Made by a program: the position numbers and the translations under genes. The notes beneath the pieces are model-generated. The model ran no database searches. It had not been told where the DNA came from and saw only the letters and a program-made list of their open reading frames with translations. This document shows, one piece after another, positions 57,277 through 64,000 of a stretch of DNA of 64,000 nucleotides (position 1 is the first letter of the stretch; the number at the start of each line of letters is the position of its first letter). Origin of the DNA: Candidatus Bathyarchaeota archaeon (GTDB taxonomy: Archaea; Thermoproteota; Bathyarchaeia; Bathyarchaeales; Bathycorpusculaceae); NCBI GenBank assembly GCA_963715865.1, contig OY970280.1:2176001-2240000 (forward strand), read 5' to 3'.

Positions 57277-58644
57277 CTATACACTTTCGAGGATTTTTTT
57301 AAGCCTTGAACTGTAGTCTTCAACTAGCTTTAATGCTTTTTCTTGGCTTTTCGCCTCAGCATACAACCTGAAAACCGGTTCCGTCCCGCTTGGTCTAATC
57401 AAGATGGCGCTGTTGTCGCTGAACCAAATTTTTACTCCATCTATTGTGCTAATGTTTTCGCCTTTTACTTGTCCAAACAGTTTCTGCAACAAAACTTCTT
57501 TCTTTTCATCAGGGCACTCGATTTTTCCTTTTTCAAGGAAATATTGCGGTTGTTCAGCAACAAGTTTAGATAGCTTCTCTCCAGTTTCAGCCATTATGTT
57601 AAGCAGCAATGCGGTTGTCATTGCTCCATCACGGACTGCTTGATGTGGACCATAGAAAACTCCGCCGTTTTCTTCTCCGCCCAATTTAACGTTTAATTCT
57701 TTCATTTTCTGGGAAACCGTAACGCTTCCAACTTTGGTCCAAATTAACTCGCCTTTGTACGCTTGTACCGTGTCTTTGATAAGCGTAGAAGAGCTTACTG
57801 GCGTAACTATTTTTGCGCCCAGGTTTTTAATGAGGAACTGTTTTATAATTACTGCAAAGGTTTTGTCTCCCCAGTAAATTACACCATTTTCATCGACAAA
57901 TATTGAGCGGTCTGCATCACCGTCAAAAGCTACACCCAAGTCTGCACCGATTGCTTTCACAGTTGAAGCCAAATCAGTGAGGCTCTCGGGTCTAGGCTCT
58001 GGCAATCTTCCCGGAAAAGTGCCGTCAATATTAGCGTTGATGCTGGTTACTTTACAGCCAAGTTCCCTCAGCAATGGCGGTGCTGTGAGGCCACCCACGC
58101 TATTAGCTGCGTCTACAACAACGTGGAAGTGCCTTTCTGCTATTTTTGCAGGGTTAACCTGTTTTTCTATGGCTTGGATGTATTCATCGTTAATTCCAGG
58201 CAACTCACGCAATGTCCCAAGCTTGTCCCATTCTGCAAACACTATTTTGTTATCAAAGTAAATGTTTTCTATTTCGACTTCTTGCTCATGTGAAGTTTCG
58301 ATGCCGTCGCTCCAAATGACTTTAATACCGTTATATTCAGGCGGATTATGGGAAGCGGTTATTATTACTCCGCCATCCATCTGGTGGTTTTTAACGGCGT
58401 ATTGCAGTGCAGGCGTTGGCGCCATCCCAGCGAAAAACACGTTGCATCCAGTAGCGGTTAAACCAGAAATCACTGCTTTAGCAAACATTGGACCGCTGGT
58501 TCTAGCATCGTGTCCTAATAGTAAATTTTTTCTTCCAAAAAAAGTTCCAATGGAACAGCCAACTTTTATGGCCATTTCAGGCGTCAATTCTACATTTACT
58601 AAGCCTCGAATACCGTTTGTTCCAAAAAGTTTTCTTGCACTCAT
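57277..58644 (-). CDS. glmM: Phosphoglucosamine mutase / PMM-PGM
   Basis: LFGTNGIRG, TASHNP, FDGDADR, GEENGG, IRPSGTEP. Confidence 0.9.
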   Translation of the reverse strand: MSARKLFGTNGIRGLVNVELTPEMAIKVGCSIGTFFGRKNLLLGHDARTSGPMFAKAVISGLTATGCNVFFAGMAPTPALQYAVKNHQMDGGVIITASHNPPEYNGIKVIWSDGIETSHEQEVEIENIYFDNKIVFAEWDKLGTLRELPGINDEYIQAIEKQVNPAKIAERHFHVVVDAANSVGGLTAPPLLRELGCKVTSINANIDGTFPGRLPEPRPESLTDLASTVKAIGADLGVAFDGDADRSIFVDENGVIYWGDKTFAVIIKQFLIKNLGAKIVTPVSSSTLIKDTVQAYKGELIWTKVGSVTVSQKMKELNVKLGGEENGGVFYGPHQAVRDGAMTTALLLNIMAETGEKLSKLVAEQPQYFLEKGKIECPDEKKEVLLQKLFGQVKGENISTIDGVKIWFSDNSAILIRPSGTEPVFRLYAEAKSQEKALKLVEDYSSRLKKILESV

Positions 58645-58665
58645 AAATTTTCATCTCATTCTTAA

Positions 58666-59763
58666 TTAACAGTTAATCTTAGGTTTTAAAATGTTTTCAG
58701 AGACTTCATTCGCTGGGCAAACAGCCAACTTTCCCGAAAGGTGAAGGTTATCTTTGATTTTTGCTTGGTCCCCAATTATGCAACCGCTGCTGATTTTAAC
58801 ATGTTTTCCAATTTGTGCTCCTTCGCCGATTATTGCTCCGTTAACTGAGGCAAAATCACCAATTTCTACGTCTGGAAAAACTATGGAGTTGCTTATTTGC
58901 ACATTTTTACCGACGTTTACGTTTTTTCCCAAAATGGCGTATGGACCGATAACTGATTTTTCCGCTATAAAAACGCCCTTGTCAAAGGCAACAGGATTCT
59001 TTACCTCAAAGTTTTTTGCGCTTTCCTGTTTGAGAGTTTTGCCTATGGAATCAAGTATTATTTTGTTTGCTTCCAGATACTCTTCTGGTTTGCCTATATC
59101 CATCCATAAGCCATTAACCAAATGACCGCAAAGTTTCCCTTCCTCAGCTAGTTTGGGAAAAACCTCTCGCTCAATCGAAACTGCCCTTCCTGAAGGAATA
59201 TAATCGAAGATTTTGGGGCTTAGAACGTAGACTCCGGCGTTTATGAGATTGCTTGGCGCTTTATCCTTCGATGGTTTTTCAATGAACCTTTTTATGTAGT
59301 TGCCATTTGCTATTTCAGCCACGCCGTACCTGCATGGGTCGTCAGCTTTGACGAGTGCAATTGTTGCTAACGCATTCGTTTTCATGTGTGTGCCAAGCAG
59401 TTCTCTGTAGCTTATATCCGCAAAAATGTCACCGTTCAAAACAATGAACGGCTCATCATGACCAATCAGTTTTTCGGCTTTTTTTATTGGTCCTGCTGTT
59501 CCAAGAGGCATTTTCGGTGGGTCGATGGAAAACTTTGCTTTTAAACCGTATTTGAGCGGCCGTTGTTGTTTTATGTAAAATTGGGTTAATGCGTTAACTG
59601 CCAATATGGCTTCTTCAACACCGTTGTTGGCTAGTCTTTCAAAAATCCATTGCAGTAAGGGCTTGTTAACTATTGGAAAAAGAGTTTTAGGTCTAGCGCA
59701 ACTTAACGGTCGAAGCCTTGTTGCGAAGCCGCCTGCTAAAATCAACGCTTTCAGGGGTGTCAC
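58666..59763 (-). CDS. NDP-sugar pyrophosphorylase (mannose-1-phosphate guanylyltransferase-like) with hexapeptide repeats
   Basis: LAGGFATRLRPL...PK, LGTAG, NGD, EKP, INAGVY, WMDIG and a left-handed beta-helix tail. Confidence 0.9.
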   Translation of the reverse strand: MTPLKALILAGGFATRLRPLSCARPKTLFPIVNKPLLQWIFERLANNGVEEAILAVNALTQFYIKQQRPLKYGLKAKFSIDPPKMPLGTAGPIKKAEKLIGHDEPFIVLNGDIFADISYRELLGTHMKTNALATIALVKADDPCRYGVAEIANGNYIKRFIEKPSKDKAPSNLINAGVYVLSPKIFDYIPSGRAVSIEREVFPKLAEEGKLCGHLVNGLWMDIGKPEEYLEANKIILDSIGKTLKQESAKNFEVKNPVAFDKGVFIAEKSVIGPYAILGKNVNVGKNVQISNSIVFPDVEIGDFASVNGAIIGEGAQIGKHVKISSGCIIGDQAKIKDNLHLSGKLAVCPANEVSENILKPKINC

Positions 59764-59818
59764 CTTATTATGCTGTAATGTATTTACTCGTTTTTATATA
59801 AACAATTTTGGCGCTGTT

Positions 59819-61369
59819 TTATTCCCATTCGATGGTTGCGGGGGGCTTATGAGTAATGTCATAAACTACGCGGGTGACCTGTGGTATCTCATTTGTTATT
59901 CTAGTGGAAATTTTCTCTAGAACGGGATAGGGGATTTTGGCGAAGCTGGCAGTCATGGCTTCGCGGCTCTCAGCGATTCTGACGGCAACCACGTAACCGT
60001 ATGCTCGGGCATCACCTTTCACGCCAGTGGCTTTAGTGTCTGTTAACACGGCAAAGTACTGCCAGAGGTTCTCAGCTAAGCCATTCTTCTCAATCTCTTC
60101 GCGGACAATTTTGTCTGCTTTCTTGGCGATTCTAACTTTCTCCTCAGTTAATTCGCCAATTATCCTAACTGCTAAGCCGGGTCCAGGAAACGGCTGCCTT
60201 GTAACTATTTCTTTGGGCAAATCAAGCATTCTAGCTACTTTACGCACTTCATCCTTGTATAAATCGCGGAGGGGCTCGAGGATTTTTTTGAATTTTATTT
60301 TTTCTGGCAGCCCTGCAACGTTATGGTGAGTTTTTATTTTGTTAGAATTTTTTCTGAATCCAGACTCAATCCTGTCGGGATAAATGGTTCCTTGGATTAG
60401 GTATTCGGCGCCTGAGTCATTAGCAATTTCCTCGAAAACTCGGATAAACTCTTCCCCGATTACTTTCCGCTTCATTTCTGGGTCAACGACGCCTTTCAGT
60501 TTCTGCATGAACCGCTCTTGCGCGTTAGCTATTATGAAGTTGATTGGGAACTTTTGGAACGCTTCTCTGATAGCTTCAGGTTCGCCTTCCCGCATGAACC
60601 CATGATCCACAAAAACCGCTGTTAACTTATCGCCAAGTGCTTTCGCTGCGAGTGTGGTGGCGACGCTTGAGTCTATGCCTCCGCTTAAGCCAATTATGGC
60701 TCTGCTTCCGCCTACTTCTAATTTTAATTCTCCAACCATCTTTCCTATTAGGTCTTCCATTTGCCAGTTAGCTTGGCACTTACAAACTTGAAAGATGAAA
60801 TTGCGGAGCATGAGCATGCCGTTTTCCGTGTGAATAACTTCAGGATGCCATTGCAGACCGTAAATTGGTTTTTGTTTATGTCTGAAGGCTGCAACTGGGC
60901 AGTTTTCCGTGTGAGCTAACACCTCAAAATCTGGTGGCAGAGCAAAAACTGTGTCACCGTGGCTCATCCAAACTTTCTCTTTCTCACTTAACCCTTCCAG
61001 CAAGCCTACGGGCTTGTCGATGGCTACTTGCGCGATTCCGTATTCTTTGCAGGCTGCCGGCTCAACCTTGCCATTGGTTAATTGTGCTAAAAGCTGGTGT
61101 CCATAGCATAAACCTAGAATCGGCAAGTTCATATCTAAAATACGTGGGTCAAGTTTAGGCGCGTTCGGTTCGTAGACGCTTGCGGGTCCACCTGAAAGAA
61201 TTAAGCCTTTAACGTTGAATTTTTCATTCAGAGCCTTAACTTCTTCAGGCGATATGTCGTGGGCAACAATTTCTGAGTAGACACCGTGTTCTCTGACTCT
61301 TCTTCCTATGAGATGGCAGTATTGCCCCCCAAAGTCCAGTACCAGTATCGTGTCGTATTTTGCTTGCAT
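59819..61369 (-). CDS. guaA: GMP synthase (fused GATase + ATPPase)
   Basis: LDFGGQY, GLCYGHQ, WHPEV, SGGIDS, KTHHNV, PFPGPGLAVR, PATIEWE. Confidence 0.97.
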   Translation of the reverse strand: MQAKYDTILVLDFGGQYCHLIGRRVREHGVYSEIVAHDISPEEVKALNEKFNVKGLILSGGPASVYEPNAPKLDPRILDMNLPILGLCYGHQLLAQLTNGKVEPAACKEYGIAQVAIDKPVGLLEGLSEKEKVWMSHGDTVFALPPDFEVLAHTENCPVAAFRHKQKPIYGLQWHPEVIHTENGMLMLRNFIFQVCKCQANWQMEDLIGKMVGELKLEVGGSRAIIGLSGGIDSSVATTLAAKALGDKLTAVFVDHGFMREGEPEAIREAFQKFPINFIIANAQERFMQKLKGVVDPEMKRKVIGEEFIRVFEEIANDSGAEYLIQGTIYPDRIESGFRKNSNKIKTHHNVAGLPEKIKFKKILEPLRDLYKDEVRKVARMLDLPKEIVTRQPFPGPGLAVRIIGELTEEKVRIAKKADKIVREEIEKNGLAENLWQYFAVLTDTKATGVKGDARAYGYVVAVRIAESREAMTASFAKIPYPVLEKISTRITNEIPQVTRVVYDITHKPPATIEWE

Positions 61370-61565
61370 TTTAGTAGACTCAAATTATTGGGGTTTAAGC
61401 TAGTAATTTAAGATTACTATCCGTTTCTCGTCAAAGTCAAAGCAGTTTTAAAGCTTAAATGGTTTTTCCTTGCTTGTAGCATTCATTGGTCGGCAGAAAA
61501 AAACTAAACTTTTATTAATACAATCATCTGATAATTAGAATTATGTTTCAAAAAGGCTGGTTTAG

Positions 61566-62036
61566 TTGAAAGAACGTGCAGGAAGTATGTTTATGGAGTT
61601 AAATGAAACGGACATAAAAATTCTCAAAGGTCTTTTAGAGGATGCAAGGTTTTCAAGCAGGCAAATAGCCAAAAATGTAGGCGTTTCAGTTGGAACTGTT
61701 TTGTCTCGAATCAAAAAGATGGAGGATGAGGGTCTCATCAAGGGCTATTCGGTTTTGCTAGATCATGAAAAACTTGGTTACCAATTGACGGTAGTAACTG
61801 AGATTACAGTTTCAAAGGGCAAGCTTGTGGAAACTGAAAATGAAATTGCTAAAATTCCCAACGTGTGCAGCGTCTACGACGTAACAGGCTTGACAGACGC
61901 CATTATTGTTGCTAAGTTTAAGAGTCGAGAGGAACTGGGGCAGTTTACTAAGCGATTGCTATCTTTGCCATATATTGAGCGAACAAACACTCACGTAGTT
62001 TTGACCACTGTGAAAGAAAACTTCCGCCTACTATAG
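61566..62036 (+). CDS. Lrp/AsnC family transcriptional regulator
   Basis: DIKIL..L..DARFS..IA..VGVS..TV..RIKKM, YDVTG..D. True start probably ATG 61587 or 61593. Confidence 0.92.
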   Translation: MKERAGSMFMELNETDIKILKGLLEDARFSSRQIAKNVGVSVGTVLSRIKKMEDEGLIKGYSVLLDHEKLGYQLTVVTEITVSKGKLVETENEIAKIPNVCSVYDVTGLTDAIIVAKFKSREELGQFTKRLLSLPYIERTNTHVVLTTVKENFRLL

Positions 62037-62037
62037 T

Positions 62038-63096
62038 TTAAACTATTTTTTCAGTATGATTTTCTTTTTTATATTTAAGTTCCCGTGCAGCAACGGTTAT
62101 TTTTGTTCCTGATGCGACTGGCGAGGTTATCCAGACGTTTCCACCGATGACAACGTTATCACCGATTATCGCGTCTGGTCCGAGAAGGGTTGCGCCTGAA
62201 TAGATAACTACGTTGCTTCCGACTGTCGGATGTCTTTTTCTTCCTTTTATAATGTTTCCTTTTTCATCTTTTGGAAAACTCAGTGCGCCTAAGGTTACGC
62301 CTTGGTAAAGTTTGACGTTGTCGCCTATTTCTGTGGTTTCTCCGATGACTACTCCTGTGCCGTGGTCGATGAAGAAGTTTTTGCCGATTTTTGCGCCCGG
62401 ATGGATATCTATGCCTGTTAAGGAATGGATGTGTTCGCTCATTATTCTCGGAATTAACGGTATACCACGCAGGTAAAGTTCGTGGGCTATCCTGTAAGTT
62501 GTTATCGCCAATACGCATGGGTAGCTTAGGATGACTTCTTCTGTGCTTACGGCTGCTGGGTCTCCTGCGTAAGCGGCTTGGATGTCTTCGCTTAGCATTG
62601 ATCTTATTTCAGGCAGCTTTTCCAGAAGTTCTTTCACTACAACGTGGGCTCTTTTTTGGCATACGTCTTGTGGGCACTCGCTGACTTTTCTGCAGATGTA
62701 TTTTAGGCTTTTTTCCACTTCATCTGTGAGTCTTGTATAAACTGAGGTTAAGGTGGTGCCGAGGTGGTATTTTATGTTGGCTTTGGTGATTTCTGCCTTG
62801 CCCAAGTAGCCTGGGAAAAGAATTGTGAATAAATCTTCTAACACTTCGGTAACTACTTTTTTTGATGGAAGATCTCGTCCTTCAAGGTGATCCATGCCGC
62901 CGAAGGTTTGATAATTAGCCATCATGCTGTCTACTAGTTTTGGTAAGCCTTTTTCAACCCAGTTCTGCTCCACTTTATCATGGTTGCGCATAAGCGCTTC
63001 CAGCATTTTCTCTGGGTTCCAGCATTCAACTTCCAAGTTCTTGTCATCGCATTTTTCGCATTCTTTTGGACGGGGCTGATTAGATTTTGTGGTCAT
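62038..63096 (-). CDS. cysE: Serine O-acetyltransferase (long, N-terminally extended form)
   Basis: [37 protein letters not shown]. Confidence 0.93.
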   Translation of the reverse strand: MTTKSNQPRPKECEKCDDKNLEVECWNPEKMLEALMRNHDKVEQNWVEKGLPKLVDSMMANYQTFGGMDHLEGRDLPSKKVVTEVLEDLFTILFPGYLGKAEITKANIKYHLGTTLTSVYTRLTDEVEKSLKYICRKVSECPQDVCQKRAHVVVKELLEKLPEIRSMLSEDIQAAYAGDPAAVSTEEVILSYPCVLAITTYRIAHELYLRGIPLIPRIMSEHIHSLTGIDIHPGAKIGKNFFIDHGTGVVIGETTEIGDNVKLYQGVTLGALSFPKDEKGNIIKGRKRHPTVGSNVVIYSGATLLGPDAIIGDNVVIGGNVWITSPVASGTKITVAARELKYKKENHTEKIV

Positions 63097-63162
63097 TTTT
63101 GCTTTCCCTTTCTTGATTATGTGGAAAGGGTGAATATAAGAGAAGCGTCTTTTTGACGCGGT

Positions 63163-63999
63163 TTAGATGGTTGTTGTTGAATTTGTTGATGGTTCTTGGA
63201 ACAGTACTGTGCTGAGGTAGCGTTCGCCCGTGTCTGGGAGAATGACGACTATGAGTTTGCCTTTGTTTTCCGGTCTTTTAGCGATTTCTAACGCTGCGTA
63301 TGTTGCTGCGCCTGATGATATGCCCACGAGTAAGCCTTCTTTTAACGCTAGTTGCCGTGCGGTTTGGATTGCGTCATCGTCTTTTACCTTGAATATTTCA
63401 TCTACCAATTCGAGATTTAGTACGTCAGGTTTGAAGCCTGCGCCTATTCCTTGGATTTTGTGTGGCCCTTTCTGGCCGCCGCTTAAGACTGGTGACGCGG
63501 CTGGTTCCACAGCAACGGCTTTGAACTCTGGTTTGAGCGGTTTGATGTATTGTGCTATGCCTGTTATTGTTCCGCCTGTGCCTACACCGGCGACTACAAT
63601 GTCTACTTTTCCGTCTGTATCATTCCAGATTTCTGGCCCGGTTGTTTCTCTGTGAACTTTGGGGTTGGCTAAGTTCTTGAATTGCTGTGGCACGAAACTG
63701 TTTGGCGTTTTTGCAGCTATTTCTTCAGCTTTTTTGATGGCTCCTCCCATGCCGTCTGGTCCTGGCGTGAGGACGAGTTGTGCGCCGTAGGCTTTGAGTA
63801 AGTTACGTCTTTCGATGCTCATGGTTTCTGGCATGGTTAAGATTAATTTGTAGCCTTTCACGGCTGCTACCATGGCTAAGCCGATGCCTGTGTTGCCGCT
63901 TGTCGGCTCGATTATGGTGGTGTCTGGTTTGATTAAGCCTTGTTTTTCCGCTTCCACTATCATGCTTAGGCAGATGCGGTCTTTGACGCTTCCGCCCGG
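63163..63999 (-). CDS. cysK: Cysteine synthase A (5' end outside window)
   Basis: PGGSVKDR (PLP lysine) at the window edge, [34 protein letters not shown]. Confidence 0.95.
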   Translation of the reverse strand, partial: PGGSVKDRICLSMIVEAEKQGLIKPDTTIIEPTSGNTGIGLAMVAAVKGYKLILTMPETMSIERRNLLKAYGAQLVLTPGPDGMGGAIKKAEEIAAKTPNSFVPQQFKNLANPKVHRETTGPEIWNDTDGKVDIVVAGVGTGGTITGIAQYIKPLKPEFKAVAVEPAASPVLSGGQKGPHKIQGIGAGFKPDVLNLELVDEIFKVKDDDAIQTARQLALKEGLLVGISSGAATYAALEIAKRPENKGKLIVVILPDTGERYLSTVLFQEPSTNSTTTI

Positions 64000-64000
64000 A

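Noticed and set aside
822-63655. Many 60-160 aa ORF-track entries antisense to or nested in core genes (e.g. 822-1073, 28718-29197, 43802-44116, 63230-63655)
   Set aside because: They are shadow ORFs of well-supported genes, with no motifs or RBS.
1-64000. CRISPR arrays, tRNA/rRNA genes, transposases, integrases
   Set aside because: No regularly spaced repeats, cloverleaf-like segments or recombinase/transposase motifs were seen. Intergenic gaps are short and were read individually, by eye only.

Overview
Archaeal chromosomal segment, most consistent with a TACK/Bathyarchaeia-like genome. This is an inference from PolD DP2, Gins15 plus Gins23, Rpo4/11/12, a thaumarchaeosortase-like gene and TTG/GTG starts. 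Most of the window is core housekeeping: replication (polC, PCNA-priL/priS-gins15, gins23-mcm, rfcS/L), transcription, translation and RNA modification (eIF5A, SRP54, Pus10, L21e, KsgA, L10e, Dph2, Csl4, L44e-S27e-eIF2a-Nop10, Taw1, Trm5, Trm112), and metabolism (ppsA, gdhA, glutamate-synthase-like FMN protein, guaA, cysE/cysK, nucleotide-sugar genes). No CRISPR array, tRNA, rRNA, transposase, integrase or intein was seen. The stand-out is a 2.1-kb AT-rich island (9958-12100) between the divergent nadK and eIF5A genes. It is bounded by a 28/30 direct repeat that duplicates their TATA region and encodes a P-loop-kinase + deoxycytidylate-deaminase fusion of the anti-phage AvcD/dCTP-deaminase type. 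It also carries a small zinc-ribbon ORF and a candidate structured RNA. The deaminase promoter is a 27/28 copy of the gins23-mcm promoter 30 kb away. Other points of note: a well-formed box C/D sRNA (12880-12944), a full-length UDP-sugar dehydrogenase homolog that has lost its catalytic motifs, a surface-protein gene split at T-TTC-TAG, and envelope-glycosylation and sortase genes interrupting the conserved primase/GINS/ribosomal cluster.
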